In this document: in pieces, positions 10,884 to 20,097 of the stretch | Layout of the letters: each line of letters starts with the position of its first letter | Numbering within the stretch: the stretch's first letter is position 1 | Assembly (NCBI GenBank): GCA_034521815.1 | Contig: JAXHLW010000011.1 | Location: 32,001-96,000, forward strand | Reading direction: 5' to 3' | DNA: 64,000 bases | From: Trueperaceae bacterium | Lineage (GTDB): Bacteria; Deinococcota; Deinococci; Deinococcales; Trueperaceae | The notes under the pieces: generated by a model | Databases searched by the model: none | What the model was told of the DNA's origin: nothing | Seen by the model: only the letters and a program-made list of their open reading frames with translations | Translations under genes and position numbers: made by a program

Positions 10884-11846
10884 ATGATCCATCCTCGCTA
10901 CGTTCGCGTCTTTCTCACCCTCTCCCTCGCCTCGCTCTGCCTCGTCGCCACGGCGTCCCTCGAGCCGCTACTTCTCGGCGGCCGTCACGAGCTGGCTGCG
11001 GCCGAGACGCACGATGGCACGGTGACGGTGATCGCCGGCGACCTGACGATCGCGGCGGGCGCCCGCCTGGACGGCGCGCTGACCCTGATCGGCGGCCGGC
11101 TGGCGCTGCTCGGCACGGTGGACGGCACGGTCCACGCGTACGGCGCGACGGTCGAGCTGCGCGACGGCTCGCGCATCGGCGGCTCGCTGGAGCTCACAGC
11201 GTCGGAGCTGGTGCGCGACGGGGGCTCGGTGGTGACCGGCGCCGTCCATCGCGACGCGGACTGGCGTGTGGACATCGACGTTCCGCGCGACTGGGAGCGC
11301 GCCCTGCCCCGCGGCCGCACGCTGCCTTGGACGGTCCCCACCGCCGCGGTCGGTACGGACCTGCAGGCGTTCTGGATCGTGCTGCAGGCCGGGCTGATGG
11401 CGCTCCTCGCGTTCGTGCTGGCGCGCCTGGCGCCGTTCCGGCTGGACCGGATCGGCGACGCGGTCGTGGGCGACCCGGTCCGAGCTGGGCTGAGCGGTCT
11501 GCTGGCCGCCGTGGTGACGGCGCTGGCCGCCGCGCTGCTGGCCGTCACCCTGATCGGCATCCCGGTCGCGATGCTGGTGGCCCTGGCCGCGTGGCTGGCG
11601 ACGCTGCTGGGCTTGGCCGCGATGGCGGACCGGCTGGGCCAGCGGACGTGGCCCGAGGGCCGCGACCGGGGAGCCCGCGCCGCCCTGGGCGGATTCCTGT
11701 TGGGCCTCGGATGGGCGGCGCTGGCCTTCGTTCCGATCCTGGGCGGTCCCGTCCGCTCGGTCGCTGGCCTGGTCGCGCTCGGCGCCGTCGTCCGCACCCG
11801 CGTGGGAGAGGGATCGCGACGGCCGGCGACGTCCCCTGAGCGCTGA
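10884..11846 (+). CDS. Membrane protein with N-terminal bactofilin/polymer-forming-like beta-helix and C-terminal TM bundle
   Basis: RBS GGAGG; repeats GTVTVIAGDLTI, GALTLIGGRL, GTVHAYGATV; followed by hydrophobic helices including TLIGIPVA. Confidence 0.65.
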   Translation: MIHPRYVRVFLTLSLASLCLVATASLEPLLLGGRHELAAAETHDGTVTVIAGDLTIAAGARLDGALTLIGGRLALLGTVDGTVHAYGATVELRDGSRIGGSLELTASELVRDGGSVVTGAVHRDADWRVDIDVPRDWERALPRGRTLPWTVPTAAVGTDLQAFWIVLQAGLMALLAFVLARLAPFRLDRIGDAVVGDPVRAGLSGLLAAVVTALAAALLAVTLIGIPVAMLVALAAWLATLLGLAAMADRLGQRTWPEGRDRGARAALGGFLLGLGWAALAFVPILGGPVRSVAGLVALGAVVRTRVGEGSRRPATSPER

Positions 11847-11860
11847 GGCGCGCCTCAGCG
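11841..11860. terminator. Perfect 20-bp palindrome spanning the stop codons of two convergent genes (possible bidirectional terminator)
   Basis: CGCTGAGGCGCGCCTCAGCG; no U-tract. Confidence 0.35.
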
Positions 11861-12637
11861 GCTCGCGGTGGTCTGATTGACGCTGAACACGGCTCCGAAC
11901 GGGTCGGTGACGACCGCGATCCGACCGTACTCGGTGTCGAACGGGCGCACGGAGACCGTGCCGCCCGCCTCTTCGGCCGTACGGGCGGCGGCGTCGCAAT
12001 CCTCGACCTCGAAGTACGGCATCCAGTGCGGGGGCACGCCCTCCCACTCGGCGGTCATCTCGAGAATGCCGGCCACCGCCTCGTCGTCCTTCCAGAGCAC
12101 GTAGTACACGGTCGGGACGGCGTCGCTCTCCAGCCGGCGGGCCTCGACGCCCATCAGCGCTTGGTAGAACGCCCGCGCGGTCTCGCCGTCGGGCACGTTC
12201 ACCTCGCACCAGCCCATCGTTCCGTGCTCGTGCGTGACGCCGAACCCGTCGTGCGCCAACGGCTGCCATAGCCCGAACACCGCGCCTCCGGGGTCTTTGG
12301 CGATCGCCATGTGGCCCATGCCGGGCACCTCCATCGGTCCGTCCAGCACCGATCCCCCGAGCTCGGTCACGCGGTCGGCCATCGCCGCGGCGTCCCCGGC
12401 CGCGAGGTACACCGTCCAGGCGGGCGGCGTCGTCGCACCGTCGGGCCGCTGTCCGATCCCCGCCGCGGAACGTCCGTCGACGAGCGCCATGTGGTAGTGC
12501 CCGTACTCGGGGCCGCTGACGTCGTACGTCCAGCCGAACAGCCGAGCGTAGAACGCTGCGGCCTCCGCGGCGTCGGGCGCGACCAGATCGAACCAGCAGG
12601 GGGTGCCAGGCGTAGGTGCTCGGTCGTGACGGGTCAT
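11855..12637 (-). CDS. VOC family (glyoxalase-like) two-domain protein
   Basis: GTPCWFDL..FYARLFGW, DPGGAVFGLWQ, PPHWMPYFEV, DPFGAVF; RBS AAGGAGG. Confidence 0.9.
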   Translation of the reverse strand: MTRHDRAPTPGTPCWFDLVAPDAAEAAAFYARLFGWTYDVSGPEYGHYHMALVDGRSAAGIGQRPDGATTPPAWTVYLAAGDAAAMADRVTELGGSVLDGPMEVPGMGHMAIAKDPGGAVFGLWQPLAHDGFGVTHEHGTMGWCEVNVPDGETARAFYQALMGVEARRLESDAVPTVYYVLWKDDEAVAGILEMTAEWEGVPPHWMPYFEVEDCDAAARTAEEAGGTVSVRPFDTEYGRIAVVTDPFGAVFSVNQTTASR

Positions 12638-12792
12638 GATGGTGTCCTCCTTCGTCCCGGAGCTCCGGGAGGCCAGCCTACGCTGCGGCGCGCCGGCGCG
12701 CCGTGCGACCGTACGTCGCCCGATCGTCACGACGCGCGCTGGCATCGCACATGTATACGCGCCCTGCCCGTTCGCCGTAGACTGCTCGGACG

Positions 12793-14598
12793 ATGGAGAC
12801 GAGGGAGCCCCCGGCGGGACGACGGGCACGACACATCAGCATGCCCTGCGCGAGAGGCTCGAGGTCTTCTCGACGCTGTTTCCCGGTGTCCTGTTCCTGT
12901 GGCGGCAGGATCCGGACGGCCGCTTCAGCGCTCCGTACGCCAGCGACGGCATCACGACCATGTTCGAGCTGTCGCCCGAGATGGTCGCCACGGACGCGTC
13001 GGCGATGATCGCGAAGATCCACCCGGGCGATCTCGATGCGTTCCTCGCCGCGATCGACGAGTCGCGTCGCACGCTGACGCTCTGGTCGCACGAGTTTCGG
13101 ATCGTGCACGACGACGGGAGCACGCGGGCGATCAGCGGACAGTCGATGCCGGAGCGTGCGCCCGACGGCTCCACCATCTGGACCGGCTTCGTGACCGACG
13201 TGACCGAGCGGCGGTTCATGCACGATCGGCTTCGCCTGATCACCGACGCTCTGCAGGACGTCGTCGTGCTGACGGACGCCGAGTCGAGGGTGAGCTTCGT
13301 GACCCCCAGCGTCCGTACCGTGTTGGGCCGTGACCCCAAGGACGTGACCGGTCGGTCGGTGCTGGAGCTGTTCGAGCAGGGCGGCCGCCAAGCCGTACGC
13401 GCGGCACTGCAATCGCCGTCCGACCAGGTGATCGAGGCGCGGGGGGCGCACGCGCTGGGGCACGAGGTGTGGCTCGAGGCGACGCTCCACCGCATCGACG
13501 GCGAGGGCACGGTGCTGGCCTGTCGGGACGTGACGCAACGCGTTCGCGACCGACGCGATCTGCAGCGAGAGGTGGCGTACCGTCGGACGCTCGTGGAGCT
13601 GACCCGCGACATGTTGTCGGCCGAGCTCGACGAGCGCTTCTATCAGCTGCTCATGGAACGCGCGATCGAGCTGGTGCCCGACGCCGAAGGCGGCAGCATG
13701 GTGCTCTGGGACGAGGAGGATCAGCGCTACGACTTCGTCGCCGCGCAAGGCTTCGATCTCTCCGTTCTCCGGACGATCCGGCTGACGCCCGAGGAGCTGG
13801 ACCGAAGCGATCCTCCCCGCGTCGAGCGCATCGAGGTGCACAAGACCAACGGGCGGCTGGACGCGGCGACCCAGGCTCGGTTTCGCGCCGCGGGCCGCCT
13901 GGACGAGCTCAAGATGACGCTCTCGGTCCCGATCACCTCGCGCGGCAGCGCTGCCGGCTTCCTGAACCTGGACAACTTCCGTCGCGCGGACGCGTTCGGC
14001 AGCGAGGCCATCGAAGCGGCCGAGGCGCTGGCCGTGCAGGTCGGGCTGGCGTTCCAGCGCCTCCAGCTCGAGGCGTCGCTCCGCGCGGAGCGGACGCGCT
14101 ACCAGCACCTCGCCGGGCACGACCCGCTCACCGGCGTGCCCAACCGGCGGCTGTTCCAGGACCGCCTCACGAGGGCCCTGGCGCGAGCGAACCGCCGCGG
14201 CGGTCACGTCGGGCTGATCTACGTGGACTTGGACGAGTTCAAGACGGTGAACGACCGCCACGGCCACGCCGCGGGCGACGCGCTGCTGCGCGCCGTGGCG
14301 ATGCGCCTTCGCGACACCGTGCGGGAGGAGGACACGGTCGCTCGGCTCGGTGGCGACGAGTTCGCCGTCGTGCTGTCGGAGCTGACGGTTCCAGGACGAC
14401 GCCGCGGAGGTCGTCGACAAACTCCACGGCGCGCTGAGCGACCCGTTCCGCCACGACGGGCTCGAGCTTCGTGTGAGCGCCAGCATCGGCTGCGCCGTCT
14501 TCCCCGCCGACGGCGCGGACGCCGACGATCTGATGCGGGCGGCGGACGCGGCGATGTACGAGGCCAAGCCCAAGGAGCGTCAGACCCAGCGCGACTGA
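12793..14598 (+). CDS. PAS-PAS-GAF diguanylate cyclase (frameshifts near the 5' end and near 14390; start approximate)
   Basis: HDPLTGVPNRR, DLDEFKTVND, REED I-site, GGDEF. C-terminus SASIGCAVFPADG..ADAAMYEAK in a shifted frame. Confidence 0.85.
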
Positions 14599-14620
14599 CC
14601 GCTGCGTGGGGTCGTCGCGC

Positions 14621-15029
14621 TCAGTGCATCCAGGGCGTGTACGCCAGCCCGATCAACAGCCCTTCGGGCCCGGACAGGCGCGCGACGGTCTGGCCCCACG
14701 TCTCGGTCTTGGCGCCGTGGATCAGGCGCTGGCCCTGCGCCTCGAGCTCGGCCGCCGCCTCCGCGACGGCGGCCTCGCTCGGCCATCTCGAACTCGATAG
14801 TGGCTTGAGGAACGGGGTACGCCTCGGGCCAGTCGTAGGTGCCGAAGCAGGTGTGCGCCGCCATCGACAGCGGCCAGACGCCCAGATGCTTCACGCCTGC
14901 GAGCTCCTCGCTGGACAGGTACTCGCCCTCGCCCTCGAGGGGCAGGCCCAGGAGGTCGCGGTAGAACGCGGTGCCCTGCTGCGCATCGGGGACGATCGGG
15001 GTGACGCCGGCGACGAATTCGATCTTCAT
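14621..15029 (-). CDS. VOC/glyoxalase family protein, frameshift near 14780
   Basis: AFYRDLLGLPL..PVPQATIEFE, then ..HGAKTETWGQTVARLSGPEGLLIGLAYTPWMH in the other frame. Confidence 0.75.
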
Positions 15030-15145
15030 GGTGGGCTCCTTCTGGCCGGGGCTCGCGTCGACCGGCGGCTCGTGGCGTGCGGTCCGCGCCCGACGGTCGG
15101 CGCCCGGCGGTCGGTGTCGAGTGACGGCGACCTGCAGGGTAGCGA

Positions 15146-15181
15146 GTCTACCGAAAACCATGCCTGGGATTTCCGGTAGAC
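15146..15181. promoter_or_regulatory. Inverted repeat (operator-like) between the divergent VOC gene and a small ORF
   Basis: GTCTACCGAAAA-N12-TTTCCGGTAGAC, 11/12 arm match. Confidence 0.45.
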
Positions 15182-15216
15182 ACGGGGACATCCTCGCTTG
15201 CAGAAGGAGGTCCACC

Positions 15217-15348
15217 ATGATCCAGTCCATTCCGACCTCGGCGCTGTTCGACCGTCCCGCTCGACTCCGTCAGGAAGCCCGCCTGGTGCGGGTGCTCCGC
15301 GAGCTGCGCGCCGCAGCGGCGGCCCGCCACGCGAGGACGGACCGCTGA
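15217..15348 (+). CDS. Small 43-aa Arg/Ala-rich helical protein
   Basis: Strong SD AAGGAGG 6 nt before ATG; MIQSIPTSALFDRPARLRQEARLVRVLRELRAAAAARHARTDR. Confidence 0.55.
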   Translation: MIQSIPTSALFDRPARLRQEARLVRVLRELRAAAAARHARTDR

Positions 15349-15380
15349 CGAACGACCCGATCCGGTACGCTCGACGCATC

Positions 15381-17006
15381 ATGACCGAGACCCTGCGCAC
15401 CATCACCGACGTCGCCCACGAGCTCGGGCTCGATCCCGACACCGTCCGGACGCTGGGCCGCCACAAGGCCAAGGTCCAGCTGCCTCCCGCCGGCACGTCC
15501 GACGACCCGGACCGTCAAGGCCGGCTGGTCCTCGTCAGCGCGATCATGCCCACCAAGGCGGGCGAGGGAAAGACCACCGTCAGCGTCGGGCTCGCAGACG
15601 GCCTCCGCCGCGTCGGCCGCAAGGTCGCGCTGTGCCTGCGCGAGCCGTCCCTCGGCCCGGTGTTCGGGATCAAGGGCGGCGGCACGGGGGGCGGACGGGC
15701 GCAGGTCGAGCCCGCGGCCGACATCAACTTGCACTTCACCGGCGACATGCACGCCGTCACCGCCGCCCACAACCTGCTTTCGGCGATGATCGACACCGAC
15801 CTGCACTTCGGCGGCGCCAGCGGCCTGACGCCGGAGCGCGTCACCTGGCCGCGCGTCCTGGACGTGAACGACCGCGCGCTTCGGAAGGTGATCGTCTCGG
15901 CCGGGCGCGAGACGGAGCGCACGACCCGTTTCGACATCACGGCCGCCAGCGAGATCATGGCGGTGCTCTCGCTGGCCGAGTCCCTGGACGACCTGCGAAG
16001 CCGGATCGCCCGCATCGTGGTCGGCACCAGCGAAGACGGCGCCGACGTCACCGCGAACGATCTGGGCGCGGTCGACGCCATGGTGGCGCTGCTGCGCGAC
16101 GCGCTCGAGCCCAACCTGGTCCAGACGCGCGAAGGCGCGCCCGCCTTCGTCCACGGCGGACCGTTCGGCAACATCGCCCACGGCTGCTCCAGCGTGGTCG
16201 CGACCCGCACCGCGCTGCGCCACGCCAGCGAGGTGGTGACCGAGGCCGGGTTCGGGTTCGACCTCGGTGGCGAGAAGTTCTTGGACATCAAGATGCGCCA
16301 GTCGGGACTGTGGCCGCGTGCGGTGGTGCTCGTCGCGACGGTGCGGGCGCTGGCCGCCCACGGCGACGGCGACGTGGCGCGTGGCTTGGCGCACCTCGAC
16401 CGGCAGCTGGCCAACGTGCGCGCCTTCGGTCTGCCGACGGTCGTGGCGATCAACGTGTTCGCCAACGACGACGAGGACGATCTGCGCGCGCTGGAGCGTC
16501 ACTGCGAGGAGGCGGGCGTCCCGTCGGCCCGGATCACCTCGTTCGCCGACGGCGGACCGGGCGGCGAGGCGCTGGCGGGAGCGGTGTTGGAGGTCCTCGA
16601 CGCCACCGACGCCGATCCACCCCGGCCCCGCTTCCTCTACCGCGACGAGATGCCCCTGGCCGACAAGATCCGCACCGTCGCCCAGCGTCTCTACGGCGCC
16701 GGCTCGGTCACGTTCCGCGACGCCGCCGAGCGGCAGCTCGAAGCGCTGACGAAGGCGGGCCACGGCCGGCTGCCGGTGTGCATCGCCAAGACGCACCTGT
16801 CGTTCAGCGGCGACCCCAAGGCGGGCGGTCTGGCCGAGGGGTTCGATCTCGAGGTCCGCGCGGTCCGGCTCTCGGCCGGCGCCGGCTTCGTGGTCCCGCT
16901 GATCGGTCGGATCGTGACGATGCCGGCGCTGGGTCGCGACCCGGCCGCGAAGCACGTCCGGGTCGCGACCGATGGCACGATCTCGGGCCTGATGCAGGGC
17001 GAATAG
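15381..17006 (+). CDS. fhs: Formate--tetrahydrofolate ligase
   Basis: PTKAGEGKTT, LREPSLGPVFGIKGG, INLHFTGD, VHGGPFGNIAHG, TEAGFGFDLGGEKF. Confidence 0.96.
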   Translation: MTETLRTITDVAHELGLDPDTVRTLGRHKAKVQLPPAGTSDDPDRQGRLVLVSAIMPTKAGEGKTTVSVGLADGLRRVGRKVALCLREPSLGPVFGIKGGGTGGGRAQVEPAADINLHFTGDMHAVTAAHNLLSAMIDTDLHFGGASGLTPERVTWPRVLDVNDRALRKVIVSAGRETERTTRFDITAASEIMAVLSLAESLDDLRSRIARIVVGTSEDGADVTANDLGAVDAMVALLRDALEPNLVQTREGAPAFVHGGPFGNIAHGCSSVVATRTALRHASEVVTEAGFGFDLGGEKFLDIKMRQSGLWPRAVVLVATVRALAAHGDGDVARGLAHLDRQLANVRAFGLPTVVAINVFANDDEDDLRALERHCEEAGVPSARITSFADGGPGGEALAGAVLEVLDATDADPPRPRFLYRDEMPLADKIRTVAQRLYGAGSVTFRDAAERQLEALTKAGHGRLPVCIAKTHLSFSGDPKAGGLAEGFDLEVRAVRLSAGAGFVVPLIGRIVTMPALGRDPAAKHVRVATDGTISGLMQGE

Positions 17007-17075
17007 CGCGCCGGCTGGGCTCGCCGCCGGCCGCGCGCGGCGCCGGCTGAGCGGCGGGCCCGACCCGCGCCGACC

Positions 17076-17462
17076 TCAGCTGGATTGGAGCTCTCGGCCC
17101 CCGTCGCCGTCCGCGTGCGGCTTGCCGACGTCCGTTTCGTTCTGGCTCGCCTCGGAGCCGGCAGGGTCGGCGACCTTGACCACGCTGATCGTCAGGTTCG
17201 CGACCAGCGCCGCGATCGCGCCGATCCCCGCCCAGACGGGCAGGAGGGCGGTACCGATCACGCCCAGCGTCAGCGGGATCTCGATCAGCGTCTTGCCGTC
17301 CTCGTTCTTCAACGTGATGCGGCGGACGTTGCCCTCTCGCACCAGCTCCTTGACCTTGGAGACGACCCGCTCGCCCGAGACCTGGAACTCCTCGGTGAAG
17401 GTCCGTCCCTCTTCCCTGCTGCCCGTGTTCGTGTTCGCCTGGTCGTGATGGTCGTCGCTCAT
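17076..17462 (-). CDS. DUF4342 domain protein
   Basis: KVKELVREGNVRRITLK..LIEIPLTLG motif. Confidence 0.85.
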   Translation of the reverse strand: MSDDHHDQANTNTGSREEGRTFTEEFQVSGERVVSKVKELVREGNVRRITLKNEDGKTLIEIPLTLGVIGTALLPVWAGIGAIAALVANLTISVVKVADPAGSEASQNETDVGKPHADGDGGRELQSS

Positions 17463-17609
17463 CGTGATCCTTCCTCTCCGGATCCGTCGGACCCGTGGGG
17501 CGTCGCCCCGTGCACACGATCGTAGGCCCGCGTCGCGAACGCCGCCTCGGCCGAAGGGTGGAGAACGGTCGGCGGCGAGGCCCTCGCGCGAGCCTGCACC
17601 GAACGGCGC

Positions 17610-17740
17610 TCATCCAGGCCGAGTCAGACGGCCGTAGCGCCTCAACACCTCGCGAAGCGGCTCGTGCGGGAGCGAAGGGTAGTACGCGCGGTCGACGCCA
17701 TGGTGGCGCTGGGCATCGTCGATCAGCTGCCCGGCCCGAC
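17610..17740 (-). pseudogene. Possible C-terminal remnant of a DmpA/P1-family aminopeptidase
   Basis: GVDRAYYPSLPHEPLREVLRRYGRL resembles, from memory, the ..LPHDRLREVLKKYxRL tail of DmpA-like peptidases. No N-terminal part present. Confidence 0.3.
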
Positions 17741-18814
17741 TCAGGCAGCGTCCGCCGACGCGTCGCTCGCGCCCACGACGCGGTTCTTGCCCAGACGCTT
17801 GGCGCGGTACAGGCGCCGATCGGCGCGTTCGAGCAGCTCCGCGACGGTCGTCAGCGGCTCGAACGTCGCGACGCCGAAGCTGGCCGTGACCCCGACGCCG
17901 CCCGAGTAGAGGTGGCGCTGAACCTCGTCCCGGACGCGTTCGGCCAACCTCAGCGCCTGTTCGTGGTCCGCGTCGGGAGCGATGATCAGGAACTCCTCGC
18001 CTCCCCAGCGGCCCAGCACGTCGCCGGTCCGTAGCAGCGGTCGCACGCTGCGCCCGACCTGCTCCAGGACGCGGTCCCCGACGTGGTGACCGTGAACGTC
18101 GTTGACGCGCTTGAAGTCGTCGATGTCGAAGAACACGACCGAGAGCGCCAGGTCGTGACGGAGGGCCAGCGAGGCGTAGCGGTGCAGATTCTCCTCGATC
18201 CCGCGACGGTTCGGAAGGTGCGTGAGCGCGTCGAGGTACGCCATCTCGCGCATCTTCTCGGTCTCCATCAGGGCGCTCGCGTGATCGTCCTTGCTGCGCG
18301 CCAGCGCGTAGAGCATCAGCATCGTCACCGCCAGCGCCCCTTCGTACGCGATCAGCTGCGCTGCAGAGCCCACCGGAGCTCCGACCCGCGAGCCCACGAC
18401 CAGCCAGGCGGCGGTGATCGCGACCGCGACGGCCAGCTCGGCCGCCGAGAGGATCAGCGCCGTTCGCGTGGCGAACAACAGGTACGCCAGAATCGCGAGC
18501 ACGATGAAGATCATGAACACGTCGGGGGTGAGCCGCTGCGCGACCGGCAGTGCGGCGTCCGACCAGAAGAACCGCGACGCCACGATCCAGACCCAGAACA
18601 GGGCGAGGAAGACGTACGAGATGCTCATCACGGTCCGGGTCGCCAACCGCCTCCTGGCCAAGGCCCAGAACGCCCAGCACAGCTGGAGCGCCAGCACCGG
18701 ATACCCGAACGCCTCCAGCGGAGACGCGGACGCGAACCGTCCCAGCGCCAGCAGCGTCGGAACGGCCAGGGCGATCACGGCGAGCAGGAGCGGACGGTGT
18801 CGGTCCAGGTTCAT
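17741..18814 (-). CDS. Membrane-bound diguanylate cyclase (about 6 TM + GGEEF)
   Basis: DALTHLPNRR, DIDDFKRVND, RTGD I-site, GGEEF. Confidence 0.92.
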   Translation of the reverse strand: MNLDRHRPLLLAVIALAVPTLLALGRFASASPLEAFGYPVLALQLCWAFWALARRRLATRTVMSISYVFLALFWVWIVASRFFWSDAALPVAQRLTPDVFMIFIVLAILAYLLFATRTALILSAAELAVAVAITAAWLVVGSRVGAPVGSAAQLIAYEGALAVTMLMLYALARSKDDHASALMETEKMREMAYLDALTHLPNRRGIEENLHRYASLALRHDLALSVVFFDIDDFKRVNDVHGHHVGDRVLEQVGRSVRPLLRTGDVLGRWGGEEFLIIAPDADHEQALRLAERVRDEVQRHLYSGGVGVTASFGVATFEPLTTVAELLERADRRLYRAKRLGKNRVVGASDASADAA

Positions 18815-18933
18815 GGGCCCCCTGCACGGGGCCGTGACCGGCAGAAGCAGCGAGACGCTCCGCGACGCTCCGTCATGGTGGCAAGCCCTCGCTCACGGGT
18901 CCTGTCAGTCGCTGCGGTCGCGCCGTGGGCGCG

Positions 18934-19356
18934 CTAATGCGGCAAGCGCGTCTGCAGCAGGCCGTAGGTCAGCGTCCCCAGCCAGGCGGCGGCGAACACG
19001 ATCGTGAACGGCCACAGGCCGGCACCGATCAGCGCCGCGATCGGCCCGGGACAGGCGCCGGTCAGCGCCCAGCCGACACCGAACAGGACGCCGCCGCCGG
19101 CGTAGCGGCGCCAGCCGTCGGGCATCGCCTCGGTGACGATCGGACGTCCGTCCACGGAGCGGATCTCGAGCCGGCGCACGATCCACACGCTGAGCGCGGC
19201 GACCAGCACGGCCGTTCCGATCACGCCGTACATATGGAACGCGTGGAACCGGAACATCTCCTGAATGCGGTACCACGAGACGACCTCGCCCTTCATCAGC
19301 ACGAAGCCGAAGTAGACGCCGATCGCCAGGAAGCGGGCGTCGGCCGGGATGGTCAC
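18934..19356 (-). CDS. YeeE/YedE sulfur-compound transporter family protein (second half)
   Basis: SWYRIQEMFRF..HMYGVIG and GGVLFGVGWALTGACPGP; GTG start with GGAGG RBS. Confidence 0.85.
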   Translation of the reverse strand: MTIPADARFLAIGVYFGFVLMKGEVVSWYRIQEMFRFHAFHMYGVIGTAVLVAALSVWIVRRLEIRSVDGRPIVTEAMPDGWRRYAGGGVLFGVGWALTGACPGPIAALIGAGLWPFTIVFAAAWLGTLTYGLLQTRLPH

Positions 19357-19400
19357 GGCGGACCTCCCGGCCTGCTCGTCGGCCAGCCCGTCGGCCGACC

Positions 19401-19973
19401 TCACGATCCCCCCAGCAGCAGCGGCCACAGAAGGTGCGTGGCCGCCAGCCCGCCGGCGAAGAACCCTGCGACCGCGATCGCCGAGGCGGGCTGAAGCTCC
19501 GCCAGCCCCATGATCGCGTGGCCCGAGGTGCAGCCTTTGGCCCAGCGCGCGCCGAACCCGACCAGGAAGCCGCCGACCACGGTCGCCACGAAGCCGGCCG
19601 GCGTGCGCAGGCCCTCCCAGGAGAAGATCGCCGTTGGCACGAAGCCTCCGTCCACCGTGACGCCCAGGGCCTGCAGCGCCCGGCGGGTCGCCTCCGAGAC
19701 GCGCACGGGGTTCGGATCGCCGAGGACGACGCCGCCCAGCAGGCCTCCGATCGCGATGCCCGCCACGACCAGCAGGTTCCAGGCTCCCTCGCGAAGCCCG
19801 TCGTAGCGGAAGTAGCTCGCCGGCACGTTCGCGATGGCGCAGAGGTGCCGGTACGACGACGACAGTCCGAACCGTCGTCCCCCGAACACCAGCAGCATGG
19901 GCACGACCAGGCCGATGGCGGGCCCGGCGACGTACCAGGGCCACGGGCCGCGTAGAAGATCGAGGAGGTCCAT
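19401..19973 (-). CDS. YeeE/YedE sulfur-compound transporter family protein (first half)
   Basis: PWPWYVAGPAIG, FGLSSS, GGFLVGFGARWAKGCTSGHAI. Confidence 0.88.
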   Translation of the reverse strand: MDLLDLLRGPWPWYVAGPAIGLVVPMLLVFGGRRFGLSSSYRHLCAIANVPASYFRYDGLREGAWNLLVVAGIAIGGLLGGVVLGDPNPVRVSEATRRALQALGVTVDGGFVPTAIFSWEGLRTPAGFVATVVGGFLVGFGARWAKGCTSGHAIMGLAELQPASAIAVAGFFAGGLAATHLLWPLLLGGS

Positions 19974-19981
19974 GGCCAAAA

Positions 19982-20011
19982 GGTTTACCAACACGGTCAA
20001 CAATGCGTCAA
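19982..20011 (-). promoter_or_regulatory. Putative promoter of the yeeE/yedE pair with an overlapping inverted-repeat operator
   Basis: TTGACG-N18-TAAACC ending 8 nt before the ATG; GTTTACC-N5-GGTCAAC repeat at 19983-20001. Confidence 0.5.
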
Positions 20012-20097
20012 GCGAGCCGGCCCGCTGTCGAGGCCGCGCCACCCGGCGATGCGGTCCAAGGTTCGCGCCACCGCGCTTCGTCTCCGCGCGCCGTCGC

